Assembly (NCBI GenBank): GCA_965226795.1
Contig: CBDDDZ010000005.1
Coordinates: forward strand, 1,696,001-1,760,000
DNA from: Candidatus Latescibacterota bacterium
GTDB lineage: Bacteria > Latescibacterota > UBA2968 > GCA-2709665
Reading direction: 5' to 3'
Length of the DNA stretch: 64,000 bases
Numbering within the stretch: position 1 is the stretch's first letter; each line of letters starts with the position of its first letter. Position numbers and translations under genes: made by a program. The notes under the pieces were generated by a model that worked only from the letters and a program-made list of their open reading frames with translations, searched no databases and was not told the origin of the DNA. Of this stretch, positions 50,239 to 60,770 are shown one piece after another.

Positions 50239-52693
50239 CGACAGCCTCCTGACGTCTGACCCTCTGCCGAAATGTCTCCAGTGCCCGCGACACCTCCCGG
50301 TCACCAGGTGTCAACCGCAGCAGGGACTCCAGGTCGGCGGCGGCGCCCGTAAGGTCTCCGATTCGTTCCCTGGAGGCGGCCCGATTGAAAAACGCACGTT
50401 CGATTTTGATGTTTCTTTTGATCATCCTGTCATACAGCGCTATTGCCGCATCGTACCGGCCAATTTGCATCTGCAGTTCCGCCACGGTGCCCAGACGTGT
50501 CTCTTCGTCGATCAGGTTTGAATCCAGGATTCTATTCAGCAATCGCTGGGTCTCTTCCGGCCGCTCCAATCGATGCATTAACGACGCCATCAACACAATA
50601 CCCTGCCAATGCTCCGGCGGCAGCGCACGCTCCTCGCAGAACCGCAAAACCTCATAGGCGCCATCCCGGTCGCCTTCTTCGGTCAATATCTCCGCGAGGT
50701 GCAGGAAGACCGCCGGATAATTGGCGAGCAGGTTCCGTGCGGTCCGATTACGATGCACGTCGGGGTCCGAGACTCCCCGGTACCGATAGAGGTCCAGCAG
50801 GTGCTTCCTGGTTTTTTGAACGTGAATCGGTAAGGCCTTCCGCCGCGATAGACGAAACACCATGCCCTCCATCTCCAGGTAATCACGCAGTCCCATTCTG
50901 TTTGCGTCAGGCACCGTGAGCGCAAAATAAACCGGTCTTTCCCACTCGTTCCAGTCCACAATCTTCAAAACCATGACATCCTGGACGCGCAACACCTTGC
51001 CCGGCATTCCCGGGACCGTCCATTTCAGCCCGGCCGCCTGCACCTCACGGGCATCCGGCCAGAATCGTCCAGACTGTATCACCGCCGCCCGCGTATGAAC
51101 CGTAAGTACCTGATCAATATAATCATCCGTATATCGGATGGGTATCCTGGGCCCCAGGTCCCGCAACTGCTTTATATACCAGGGGGTATTGAGCAGGCTC
51201 AGGTTTACCACGCGTACGTCCTTTCGGACACCCATCACCTCCTGATGGAACCAGAGAGGGAAACTGTCGTTATCCGCATTAGTAAACAGAATCGCGTCGG
51301 GGTCGCAGGAATTCAGAATATTCGCGGCATAGTCGTACGCAAACCGGTTACCGGTTCGGTCGTGTGTCGGATAAAGGCTTGCAGCCAACCCGGCCGGCAT
51401 CGCGAGAAGAAGGCAGGCGGCGACAACCGAAGGACTCCTGCCGCGAAGGCTTAACGCCACACGCATAACCACCGACGCCGCGATGCCGATCCATACGGCG
51501 AACAATCCGAAGGAGCCCACGAACACGTAGTCACGCTCCCTCGGCTGCGGGTCTTCCATGTTGAGATATATCGAAAGTCCGATGCCCGAAAGCACGAAAA
51601 GTGCGGCAATTGCCCAGAAGCGCCGCTGGTCCCGTCGCCAGTGTTCCCACATGCCCCAGCAGCCCAGGAGATAGGGAACGACTGAAATACGAACGAATTG
51701 TACGTCGTGAGACGTCGCCTGTCGAAAAGCGTCTGAAACGAATCGCAGCCCCGGCACCGGAAACTGCGAGAGGAAATATTTGATATACATCGTCCAAATC
51801 TGGAAATCCCAGAGTGGCGCCTTGCGGTCGAATACGCCGAGCAGCATACTTTCCGAACCGTACTGTTCCCGGCCCAGAAACTTGATGAAATTAGCCCACG
51901 TTTCCGGATTGTTCTCGTCGATTATGGGATTCAACCCCGACCTGATGTAGAGTGAGGCGTAGGTCGAATATCCCGCAATAAACAAGAGCGACGCGTACGC
52001 CCAGATCCGCGGGTCCCTCAGTATCTCCGGCTTCCGAAACCAGATCAACATCAGCAACGGGGGAACGGTTAATAGACACAGCAGATGAACGCCGCCCGCG
52101 AGTCCCATCAGATAGGCGATAAAAAACAGTATTCGCCGGCTAATCGCGTCTCCCGCGCGTTCCATCCACCTTAACCCCAGCCATAGAGTCAGCGTCATCA
52201 GCATCGCAGAAAACCCGTACACCTCGGTCTCCACGGCATTGTACCAGAAGGTATCCGAAAACGCCAGCATCAGGGCAGCCACTGCGCCGCCAACCACACC
52301 CGACACGCGCTTTGTGTTCCACTCGCCGTCTCCCCAACCCAGCAGGATGAGACGTACCGTTATCAGATATACGAACAGCACCGCAAGCGCGCTCGTTATT
52401 GCCGAAATGAGGTTCATCGGGAACGCGGGGTCTTCGCCCACTGGCAACATGGTAAACAGACGTCCGATCAGCAAATACAGCGGCGCGCCCGGCGGGTGCG
52501 GAATGCCCAGTGTAAACGCGCAAGCGATGAACTCGCCGGAGTCCCAGAACGATACTGTCGGCGCCGCCGTTTTGACAAACACCGCCAGCGAAGTCAGAAT
52601 CACCCCCAAGGCGCCAATGCGAACGAGGCCGCACCCGGCTGCCGGTTCCTTCTCTACAGGTTCACCGAACCGTAAAACGCTCGAATTCTTCAT
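50228..52693 (-). CDS. DUF2723 (TMEM260-like GT-C fold) membrane protein with C-terminal TPRs
   Basis: APTVSFWDSGEFIA, GIPHPPGAPLY, WYNAVETEVY, GREQYG, QPRERDY, DNDSFPLW, NLSLLNTPWY; TPR-like tail. Confidence 0.85.
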   Translation of the reverse strand: MKNSSVLRFGEPVEKEPAAGCGLVRIGALGVILTSLAVFVKTAAPTVSFWDSGEFIACAFTLGIPHPPGAPLYLLIGRLFTMLPVGEDPAFPMNLISAITSALAVLFVYLITVRLILLGWGDGEWNTKRVSGVVGGAVAALMLAFSDTFWYNAVETEVYGFSAMLMTLTLWLGLRWMERAGDAISRRILFFIAYLMGLAGGVHLLCLLTVPPLLMLIWFRKPEILRDPRIWAYASLLFIAGYSTYASLYIRSGLNPIIDENNPETWANFIKFLGREQYGSESMLLGVFDRKAPLWDFQIWTMYIKYFLSQFPVPGLRFVSDAFRQATSHDVQFVRISVVPYLLGCWGMWEHWRRDQRRFWAIAALFVLSGIGLSIYLNMEDPQPRERDYVFVGSFGLFAVWIGIAASVVMRVALSLRGRSPSVVAACLLLAMPAGLAASLYPTHDRTGNRFAYDYAANILNSCDPDAILFTNADNDSFPLWFHQEVMGVRKDVRVVNLSLLNTPWYIKQLRDLGPRIPIRYTDDYIDQVLTVHTRAAVIQSGRFWPDAREVQAAGLKWTVPGMPGKVLRVQDVMVLKIVDWNEWERPVYFALTVPDANRMGLRDYLEMEGMVFRLSRRKALPIHVQKTRKHLLDLYRYRGVSDPDVHRNRTARNLLANYPAVFLHLAEILTEEGDRDGAYEVLRFCEERALPPEHWQGIVLMASLMHRLERPEETQRLLNRILDSNLIDEETRLGTVAELQMQIGRYDAAIALYDRMIKRNIKIERAFFNRAASRERIGDLTGAAADLESLLRLTPGDREVSRALETFRQRVRRQEAVDGP

Positions 52694-52912
52694 GTCAATC
52701 GCTCAGGTTTCGAGTCCAATCGGATCGCGTGCTGAGTCCAATTCTTCGAACATCAAAAACTCGCGTCCGGATAAACTAGAGAATGTCAACTGAATGGCCG
52801 TCGCCAGCGGTTTGCCTGTATCTCAACTCCGGCACCAACGTTCAGCCAGGCCAATCTCGCGTGCGAATTGGAAAGCGCTCCCGTTCTGCAGACGCCCCTG
52901 GACGGCCGGGGT

Positions 52913-54394
52913 TCACTGGGCATCGAGGGAAACTTCATCTCCATGATTCATGGGGCGGGATTGCTGCACCTCGTTATTCGCATTATCGTAATCCGACTGC
53001 CGACTGCCACGTGTCCGGGTGTCCTCGGAACCTTCAATGACGCGCATCGACTTCCACTTGCCACCCCTGAACCGGAACATAAATATCAATCCACCGGAGA
53101 AAAGATAAAGGCTGATGAATATCCAGGCGACGTAAAGGCCCCACCTGAAGGTCACTATCGAAAGGTAGGTTGGCAATACCATCAGCAGCCAGCCAAGTGC
53201 AACCGACGTGAGCAGGACAAACCGCGTATCTCCGGCGCCCTTCACGCCGGCCGAAAAAACGATGTAAAGCGCATCGAACACACAATAAAACGCGACAAAC
53301 CGTAACAGAACGACGGACATATCCCAGACCTGTTCGAAAGCCTCTGGATCGGCGCCGGAAATATAAGGCCTCAAAAAAAGACCCGGCACGAATACATATC
53401 CCGCAGCCATCACCAGCATGTACGCCAGGCTGAGATGTACCGCGGACCAGGTGCAGCGCTCAGCCAGGTCCGCCCTTTCTTTACCCAGGTATTGCCCTAC
53501 AAGCGTGGACACCGCGATGCCCAGCCCCATCATCGGGAGGAAGGCAAGTGTATTGACGTTAAACGTCACACTCGTGGCCGCCAACGCCGTCGTCCCAAGT
53601 TTCCCCACCAGGAGTATGAACATCGTAAAGCCCAGAATCTCGAGCATGAACTGCACGCCGTTCGGTAACCCGTAACGCACAAGCCGCCTCAACAACGCTC
53701 CCTCGGGACGCCATCCACTTAACGTGTGAAGCGCGTCGCGGTATCTGGGTCGCATCATCAGGGCGAAGAACACCACAGGTATCAGGAGGTGTGATACCAC
53801 CGTTGCCCAGGCGGCGCCGCGAATCCCCCATTCCGGGAACCCCCAATGGCCGAATATCCACGCATAGTCTAGGACGATATTCAGCCCGTTCGCAAGGAAA
53901 TTCACCCACATTACCGTGCGGGTATCCCCTCGCCCGCTGAAGAACGAGGAAACCGCCACCCCCGTGATGCCCGGCCCCATAAAGCACAGAATCCTGAAAT
54001 ACTCCGCCTCCAGCGCGCGCATCTGCGGCTCATGCCCGGCCCATACAAAAAAAAGTTCGGAAAACGGTATCAGGCATAGAATCATCACCCCCGAGGCCAA
54101 TCCGAGGTATATCCCCTGCCACACAGCAGGCCCTACCCGATCAGGCCGGCCTGCCCCCCAATACTGGGCGACGAACGTATTCACGTAGGCGACCGTTCCA
54201 ATAAACAGGCTGGAAAACGTAAATTGCAACATGCCGGCCGGTAGACACGCGGCAAGTGCGTCCCGCCCGTACCAACTCAGGAATACCCGATCGACGAAAA
54301 TCTGCAGGCTCCATGACCCCGTGCTCAGAATGAGAGGCGCCGCCATCCGCAACACCTCCTTATAACCACCCTGTTCCTGCCACCGCGAGATCAT
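52913..54394 (-). CDS. MATE family efflux transporter
   Basis: FVDRVFL, FVAQYWGA, GRGDT, GIRGAAWAT, STLVGQYLG, GAGDT; about 12 TM segments. Confidence 0.9.
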   Translation of the reverse strand: MISRWQEQGGYKEVLRMAAPLILSTGSWSLQIFVDRVFLSWYGRDALAACLPAGMLQFTFSSLFIGTVAYVNTFVAQYWGAGRPDRVGPAVWQGIYLGLASGVMILCLIPFSELFFVWAGHEPQMRALEAEYFRILCFMGPGITGVAVSSFFSGRGDTRTVMWVNFLANGLNIVLDYAWIFGHWGFPEWGIRGAAWATVVSHLLIPVVFFALMMRPRYRDALHTLSGWRPEGALLRRLVRYGLPNGVQFMLEILGFTMFILLVGKLGTTALAATSVTFNVNTLAFLPMMGLGIAVSTLVGQYLGKERADLAERCTWSAVHLSLAYMLVMAAGYVFVPGLFLRPYISGADPEAFEQVWDMSVVLLRFVAFYCVFDALYIVFSAGVKGAGDTRFVLLTSVALGWLLMVLPTYLSIVTFRWGLYVAWIFISLYLFSGGLIFMFRFRGGKWKSMRVIEGSEDTRTRGSRQSDYDNANNEVQQSRPMNHGDEVSLDAQ

Positions 54395-54634
54395 GGACAC
54401 CTCATCGGGATCGGACTTCAGCCCGTACGATGACCCCCCAACAACCGCCCGGCGAGCAGCGGGCGCCACGTCGACGTCACGAGTACGCAATTGTCAACAG
54501 CGTCGTCGGGCCTGGTTCGCGTGCGGCGGTTGCGGCGTCTGAAACATTTTCTCTTGTCCGGTGATGGCGCCGTTGGTAGATTCGCTGACCAACCCGGTTC
54601 ATCGAGCCGATCATTTCACATTGCGGGCAATGCC

Positions 54635-56008
54635 ATGACTTTCGACGTCGTCGTCATCGGTGGTGGCAGCGCGGGTTACGCCGCCGCTCGTGTCGCGGCA
54701 GACAGCGGAGCAAACGTCGCCATTGTCGACAAGGGTCCACTCGGCGGTCTGTGCATCTTGCGCGGCTGCATGCCCTCAAAGACACTATTGCGCAGTTCGG
54801 ATCTTTTCTCTCTGATGAAACGAGCCGGAGAGTTCGGCCTGCACGCCAGGGACATAACCCCCGACCTGGCCGCAATCAACGACCGTAAACGCGCGCTCGT
54901 CGACGAATTCGCTGAATACAGGATCGAGCATCTCAACAGTCCGAGATTCACACTGATAAAAGGCCGGGCCCGGTTCGAATCGCCGCATTCCGTTTTTGTT
55001 GGCACAAAAGAGATCTCGGCACGGAATTTTATCATTGCCGTGGGCTCGGTTGTCGATAAGATCCCCGTTCCCGGTCTGGAGGAAGCAGGCTACCTCACCA
55101 GCGACGACATCCTGGAACTTCGAAAACTTCCCGGGTCCGTCATCGTGCTGGGCGGAGGCGCCGTTGCCACCGAACTCGGCCAATTTCTGTGTCGTATGGG
55201 TTCCCGGACGACGCTGATACAGAGAAACAGCCAGTTGATCAGCGCCTGCGACCCGGACATGGTCCTTCCCGTGGAAAACCGCTTTCGGGAAGAAGGGATG
55301 CGGGTATACACGGACACACGCCTCCAACGCTTCAGCCGGACAAAGGATTGCGTAACCGCCCACTTTCTGCACCGCGGCGAATCACGCACGGCCTCGGCCG
55401 CCGTCGTCTTCAACGCGATGGGCCGAACGCCGGACCTTTCCGATCTGGCACTGGAACGCGCCGGCGTTGAAGTCCAAGACGGACGAATTGTCGCTAACGG
55501 CGGGATGCAGACCAGCGCGGAACACATCTTCGCCGCCGGAGACTGCGTGGGTCCGTACGAAATCGTACATATTGCCGTGCTGCAAGGTGAGATCTCCGGC
55601 CACAATGCCGTCGCGAGAAAGCCCGAGAAGACGATCGACTATCGCCTGCGGACGTCTGTTGTTTTCACCGATCCGCAGGTCGCGTCTGTTGGCCCTACCG
55701 AGAGAGAATGCCGAGCGGCGGACATTCCATATCTCTCGGCGGAATATCCCTTCAGCGATCACGGTAAATCGATGGTGATGGGAGAAACGCACGGCGCTGT
55801 CAAGATCCTCTGCCATCCCGGAAGCGGTGAAATAATAGCCGGACATATAACTGGCCCCGATGCATCCGAACTCATCCATGAACTCGCCGCGGTAATTTAC
55901 TACCGGGGCACCGTGTTCGACCTCCTCCAGATTCCACACTACCATCCCACTCTCGCCGAGATCATCACCTATCCTGCCGAAGAGCTTGCCGGGATTCTGG
56001 CCCGATAA
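54635..56008 (+). CDS. Class I pyridine nucleotide-disulfide oxidoreductase (dihydrolipoamide dehydrogenase-like)
   Basis: GGGSAG, GGLCILRGCMPSK redox disulfide, IFAAGD, HYHPTLAE. Confidence 0.88.
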   Translation: MTFDVVVIGGGSAGYAAARVAADSGANVAIVDKGPLGGLCILRGCMPSKTLLRSSDLFSLMKRAGEFGLHARDITPDLAAINDRKRALVDEFAEYRIEHLNSPRFTLIKGRARFESPHSVFVGTKEISARNFIIAVGSVVDKIPVPGLEEAGYLTSDDILELRKLPGSVIVLGGGAVATELGQFLCRMGSRTTLIQRNSQLISACDPDMVLPVENRFREEGMRVYTDTRLQRFSRTKDCVTAHFLHRGESRTASAAVVFNAMGRTPDLSDLALERAGVEVQDGRIVANGGMQTSAEHIFAAGDCVGPYEIVHIAVLQGEISGHNAVARKPEKTIDYRLRTSVVFTDPQVASVGPTERECRAADIPYLSAEYPFSDHGKSMVMGETHGAVKILCHPGSGEIIAGHITGPDASELIHELAAVIYYRGTVFDLLQIPHYHPTLAEIITYPAEELAGILAR

Positions 56009-56032
56009 ATGCACATATCCGGCCGGTTACCC

Positions 56033-57385
56033 TCAACCGGAACGCTGGCGCCCGAGATCAGCAAGACGGTGCACGTAGAATACGGTCGGCGGAACGAACA
56101 ACAGGGCGATCCAGAACATCGGCCGATACGAGATCCACGCCACCAGCATACCAGCCAGCACCGGCAAAAACCCCTGTGGCAGGGCAAACATGTTCAGGAA
56201 GCTGGTATACGTGGGACGGCGGTTCTCCGGTGCAAGTTCGAGTACGTATGCCATTCGGCCGTTAAACATCGCGCTGCTGGCGAACCCCGATAAAACAAAC
56301 GTCAGCGCATAGAAGACGACTTGCGGATTCAATGCCCACTCAATGCCCCAATCCGAGAGCGGCGCGATTGAATGCGACGGTACGTAACTGGCCAACAGCG
56401 GAACGGCGACTGACAACGCCATCAGATACGATCCGTACACCAGCATCGCACGGTTACCCTTCCGATGCCCCACGCTGGCCCAGAGCACGTTTGACAGCAC
56501 GGTGCTGACCTGCATTACCGAAACAAGTACGCCGACGTAGACCAGCCCCAGACCCAGGTCGGTAATTGCGTAAGGTACGTAAAATGGCGCACCCATCATC
56601 AAAAATGACCACAGGATCTGCATCCCGCACAATCGACGGTAGTTGACGTCGTTCTTCAGCAATCGAATGCCGCTGTTCAGGTAGACGGACAATGGCTGCC
56701 GGAGATACCGCACCGGGCGCACCGGTTCCCGAATCCTGCTGAAGACAAAAACCGACAGCGCATTTCCCAGTCCTGACAGCATAAACAGCGCCGCGTAGTT
56801 CGATGGAAACGAAATCCCGCTGCGGTCACTCAGCACAAAGGAAATTGCACCGCCAGCCACCATCGCGGTAATGCCACCGCATAGCCGACGCACCGCGAAC
56901 AGACGCGACCGATCTCCGGGTGGGACGACCTTTCCCACAATGTCCATCCAGGGGACATTCCATATTCCCATCATCGATGTGGAAATCGCATAAAGGACCA
57001 TAAAACAACAAAGAAACAAAAAAGGCTGACGACCACCCATAAGGTACGTCAGCCCTGCAATCACCAGCCAGACGATACTGCGCATCCCGCCTGCCAGAAG
57101 CAGAAAGGGCATCTTGCGTTTTCTGTTTTCGATAATTCGGGAAATAAATACCTGAGGCCACGCCCACCCGATCCGCATCAGCGCGCCGGCAAGTCCGATG
57201 GCTACGCTCGAGGTTGTCAGCGATTGCACAAAAGCCGGCAGGAGCATGTCCGAACTGGCCAGTGTCATCGACATGAAAACCAGGCCGCCGTTCAGAATCA
57301 ACAGCCGGCTGTTCCGGCGAACTTCCGCCGGATCAGGTTCCTCGGCCGCCACCCGCCTCCAGTGCGCAGATGAAAACTCCCTCAT
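56033..57385 (-). CDS. MFS transporter
   Basis: About 12 hydrophobic segments; WMDIVGKVVP, ELAPENRRPTY. Confidence 0.8.
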   Translation of the reverse strand: MREFSSAHWRRVAAEEPDPAEVRRNSRLLILNGGLVFMSMTLASSDMLLPAFVQSLTTSSVAIGLAGALMRIGWAWPQVFISRIIENRKRKMPFLLLAGGMRSIVWLVIAGLTYLMGGRQPFLFLCCFMVLYAISTSMMGIWNVPWMDIVGKVVPPGDRSRLFAVRRLCGGITAMVAGGAISFVLSDRSGISFPSNYAALFMLSGLGNALSVFVFSRIREPVRPVRYLRQPLSVYLNSGIRLLKNDVNYRRLCGMQILWSFLMMGAPFYVPYAITDLGLGLVYVGVLVSVMQVSTVLSNVLWASVGHRKGNRAMLVYGSYLMALSVAVPLLASYVPSHSIAPLSDWGIEWALNPQVVFYALTFVLSGFASSAMFNGRMAYVLELAPENRRPTYTSFLNMFALPQGFLPVLAGMLVAWISYRPMFWIALLFVPPTVFYVHRLADLGRQRSG

Positions 57386-57406
57386 ACAAAACGCTTCCGT
57401 CCCTTA

Positions 57407-57582
57407 GAAGCTGCCTTAAAAACCCCAGCGGTCTTCGCGCTGCTGCAAAAGCGTCCGTCGGCGTTGGCCCGTATATTTAGTAGTGGCTGCGCGACCCTCG
57501 CGTCTCGTAGGTAGCTTCACCCGTCGGAGCTGCACGCCCTTCGCGTCTCAGAACCGACACCTTTTCGCTCGCGCACGGGTAC
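57407..57582. mobile_element. MITE-like structured repeat, copy 2 (right end degenerate)
   Basis: GAAGCTGCCTTAAAA left end; blocks GCGGTCTTCG, CAAAAGCG, GCGTTGG, CCCGTAT.TTTAG, ACCGACACCTTTTCGC.CGCGC.CGGG shared with 5608-5802. Confidence 0.55.
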
Positions 57583-57649
57583 AGGCGCAGGAGTCGGGCA
57601 GGTCCCCCTTTCCTATAATTCCACTCCCGTCGGGGCGCGGCCGGACGTC

Positions 57650-59278
57650 TCAGATTCCAATTGCATAGCCATCCCGTCTTGGATCGGCACCCCCCATCAG
57701 TGCGCCGCTTTCCTGATCCACGGCAATACCCTGTGCCCCACCTGTTACGGGCGAAAATGCGTCGACAAAGTCAATCTGATGCCCTCGGCGAACCAGGCCG
57801 GAACGGGTCTTTTCAGACACGCGGGACTCCATATATACGCGGGTGCCGGCATGTTGAAAACGGAACCTGGGAGCCTCGATTGCCGCTTGAATATTCATCC
57901 CGTAATCCAGGAAATTGGTTGTGAATTGGGTCGTCGTTTGCTGAATACCCCAGCTTCCCGGGGTACCGAGAGCCGCCACAAGACGACCGTCTCTAAAGAT
58001 CTGGCACGGCGAAAGACACATATCGATCTTCTTATGGGGTTCGATGCGGTTGGGGCTACCTGGCACGGTGTCCGCCCATTTGATGAAATTGTTCAGGAAC
58101 ATGCCGGTCTTCCCGAGAACCACCCCCGATCCGAATCCGGAGCCGAGGCTCTGCGTAACGGCCACGGCGTTGCCAACGGCATCGACCACGTCGAAATGCG
58201 TCGTACAATCGTTGAGCCACCCGCCAGGCTGTCCCGGCGGCACCTCGCCCGGAAGCCCGGCCGCTGTGTAATATTCACCCCGGTTCACCGCGGCACGCTC
58301 GCCAATCAGTCCCCTGCGATCCTTCGCGTATGCCTTTGAAAGCAATCCATCAAGAGGCGCGTCCTGTGCAGCGGCGTAGGCTACCCGGTCGGTGTTGCCC
58401 AGCTTCAGGACCTCGATGAACAGGTGGAGCGCCTCTTCTGAATGGTGGCCCATATCCTTCAGATCGTATCCTTCGAGTATATTGAGCGCCTGCAGGATGT
58501 GAAAGCCGGCACTTGGCAGCGGCGGGCAGAACACCCGGTTACCCCGGTAAGACGTCGAAATAGCATCCTCCCATTCAACCTCAAAATCCGCAAGGTCTTT
58601 CCCGGAAAGGAGCCCTCCTTCGGCCTGTACATATCCGGCAATTTCGGATCCCAGGTCCCCCCGATAAAATGCCTCCGCGCCGCCTTCCACCACCCTTCGA
58701 AACGTCCGAGCGAGATCTCTCTGGATCAGGATATCCCCCGCCAGAGGCGCCCGCCCACGGCTCAGAATCACCTCGGCACCCGTAGGCCGCATACGGGGCA
58801 CGGCACCCTGCATGAAATTGGAATTCTTCACCGTGGACGCGAAGCCGTTCTCCGCCAATTCGATTGCAGGGCCGAACACGGTTGCCCGGTCCATCGTACC
58901 GTATTTTTCAAGAAGCTCCAGCCACCCTCCGCAGGCCCCTGGAACCAGACACGACATCACCCCGCCGTCCTGCATCTCGGGTGTCGGAAACGCCTCCGAG
59001 GTGGCGTCGTGCGGCGTACGCCCGCAATAGTCCAGAACACGTACGCGGCTTTCCGCGGCGGAATAGATGAGCGCATATCCTACCCCTGCAATGCCCGACA
59101 TATAGGGCTCGACGACATTTAACGCCGCAGCGACAGCAACCGCGGCGTCGAACGCATTGCCCTGCTCAAGGAGCATGCGAACCCCGGCGAGGCTTGCCGA
59201 CGGATGTGCGCTGGCAACCATTCCCCGGGTGCCCGTCACCGTGGATCGATGCACCGTACCGACAGAAGCAAAAGCCAT
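57650..59278 (-). CDS. ggt: Gamma-glutamyltransferase family protein (no obvious signal peptide)
   Basis: GNAFDAAVA, VVEPYMSG, CTTHFDVVD (Thr nucleophile), GTPGS, GADPRRDG. Confidence 0.92.
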   Translation of the reverse strand: MAFASVGTVHRSTVTGTRGMVASAHPSASLAGVRMLLEQGNAFDAAVAVAAALNVVEPYMSGIAGVGYALIYSAAESRVRVLDYCGRTPHDATSEAFPTPEMQDGGVMSCLVPGACGGWLELLEKYGTMDRATVFGPAIELAENGFASTVKNSNFMQGAVPRMRPTGAEVILSRGRAPLAGDILIQRDLARTFRRVVEGGAEAFYRGDLGSEIAGYVQAEGGLLSGKDLADFEVEWEDAISTSYRGNRVFCPPLPSAGFHILQALNILEGYDLKDMGHHSEEALHLFIEVLKLGNTDRVAYAAAQDAPLDGLLSKAYAKDRRGLIGERAAVNRGEYYTAAGLPGEVPPGQPGGWLNDCTTHFDVVDAVGNAVAVTQSLGSGFGSGVVLGKTGMFLNNFIKWADTVPGSPNRIEPHKKIDMCLSPCQIFRDGRLVAALGTPGSWGIQQTTTQFTTNFLDYGMNIQAAIEAPRFRFQHAGTRVYMESRVSEKTRSGLVRRGHQIDFVDAFSPVTGGAQGIAVDQESGALMGGADPRRDGYAIGI

Positions 59279-59460
59279 TGATTGATTTCCTTAACCGATA
59301 GGTCCCTTGGGTTCCTGATCATCGAGGGTCCTGGAACACCGCTGCCGTTCCATCGTGAAATGGATCTAGTGCTTTTGAGACGTTTCGGAACAATCCGCAT
59401 GGCGTCCAAATCCGAAACGGGCTGCCGGATCCCGTACCTCGACAGCCGTTGGGTATGCGG

Positions 59461-59489
59461 AAGATAGTCTATGGTGGATTGCAAGTCAA
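59461..59489 (-). promoter_or_regulatory. sigma70-type promoter of ggt
   Basis: Minus strand TTGACT-17 nt-TATCTT. Confidence 0.55.
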
Positions 59490-59629
59490 TGCCCGATTCC
59501 CTCGTCCACCCGGGCCTGTCCGCCACGTTTCTGCTTGACAAAACAAACCTGTCATGGCTTCTTATTACGATTCCCGCATGACTGTCCATGCCAGCGTCTC
59601 ACGTTGCATAGTGCTTTACCAATCGGGCC

Positions 59630-60658
59630 ATGAGTCGAGAATTACCTTTATTACCCACAAGTGTGATCGGGAGCTACGCGTTGCCAGGTTGGTTCTGGAC
59701 GGCCGTGGATCAGATCGACCAGGGCGAATTCGGTCCCACTGACATTCGAGAGACCTTCGACGACGCCGTGCATCTCGCCATGCTGGATCAGAGAAGAGCG
59801 GGCGTGGATCTGATCTCGGACGGCGAGATGCGGCGCTGGTATTTCGTACAGAGCTTCTACGGTCGTTTCAAGGGACTAGCTTCCCGACCAACGCTCCGGC
59901 GCACGGGTGTCTACGGCTACGACAGCGTCCCGCGGTGGTGGCCGGAAGAACGGATCCAGGTACCTGATGGTCTGGGTATTGTCGAAGAATTTCAATTCGC
60001 AAGGTCCGTCACGGATCATCCGTTGAAGGCCACCTGCCCCGGTCCACTTACGCTTACCATACACATCCAGTTGAAAGACGACCGCGTCTACAAAGACCGA
60101 ATTGAACTCGCGTACGAGTTCGCGGGAGTGGTTAACCACGAACTCAAACGGCTGGTAGACGCAGGTGCGGAATTCATACAACTAGACGAACCATCATTTT
60201 CCATAGTTCCCGGAGACGACCAGAGCTGGGTCAACCTGTTCAACGAAACCGTAAAGGGCGTTAACGCCAAAATCGGTCTGCACATCTGTTTCGGAAACCT
60301 GGGCAGCCGCCCACGGGGCAAACGACGGTACGACTGGATGCTCGACGACATCCTTCGGGCCGACGCTCAACAGATTTCGTTGGAATTCGCGAATCGTGAA
60401 CTCGTGGAATTGGAACTCTGCGGTGAGATCGCAAAAGAGAAAGAAATCGCCGCGGGCCTCGTCGACGTGAAGTCGTTCTATGTGGAAACGCCAGAAGATG
60501 TCGCTGAACGGGTGCGCCTGACCCTTCAACACGTCCCGCCGGAAAAACTGACCGTCACGCCGGATTGCGGTTTCTTTCAATTGCCCAGATGGCTGGCCTT
60601 CCAGAAACTCCAAAACATGGTGAAAGGCGTTGAAATCGTCCGCAGGGAGTTGGTATGA
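59630..60658 (+). CDS. Cobalamin-independent methionine synthase catalytic domain only (core/Mes-type)
   Basis: TSVIGSY, SDGEMRR, PGPLT, QLDEP, HICFGN, LEFAN, PDCG (Zn ligands); 342 aa, no N-terminal MetE half. Confidence 0.88.
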   Translation: MSRELPLLPTSVIGSYALPGWFWTAVDQIDQGEFGPTDIRETFDDAVHLAMLDQRRAGVDLISDGEMRRWYFVQSFYGRFKGLASRPTLRRTGVYGYDSVPRWWPEERIQVPDGLGIVEEFQFARSVTDHPLKATCPGPLTLTIHIQLKDDRVYKDRIELAYEFAGVVNHELKRLVDAGAEFIQLDEPSFSIVPGDDQSWVNLFNETVKGVNAKIGLHICFGNLGSRPRGKRRYDWMLDDILRADAQQISLEFANRELVELELCGEIAKEKEIAAGLVDVKSFYVETPEDVAERVRLTLQHVPPEKLTVTPDCGFFQLPRWLAFQKLQNMVKGVEIVRRELV

Positions 60659-60770
60659 AAGCCACGCCAACGCCCGACCACTGGAGGAGGGTTACGTATC
60701 CGGGGCGAAGCCCGATGGCGTTTTTTCTGTATTCCGCATCCCCGGGCGGGGACACGTAGAGGAGCGGAAC

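Noticed and set aside
54635..56008. Mercuric reductase MerA
   Set aside because: No N-terminal HMA domain, no C-terminal Cys-Cys pair and no mer genes nearby
59490..59629. SAM or cobalamin riboswitch before the methionine synthase
   Set aside because: No AUCxAGAG/GCAACC or B12-box motifs seen, and the leader is short
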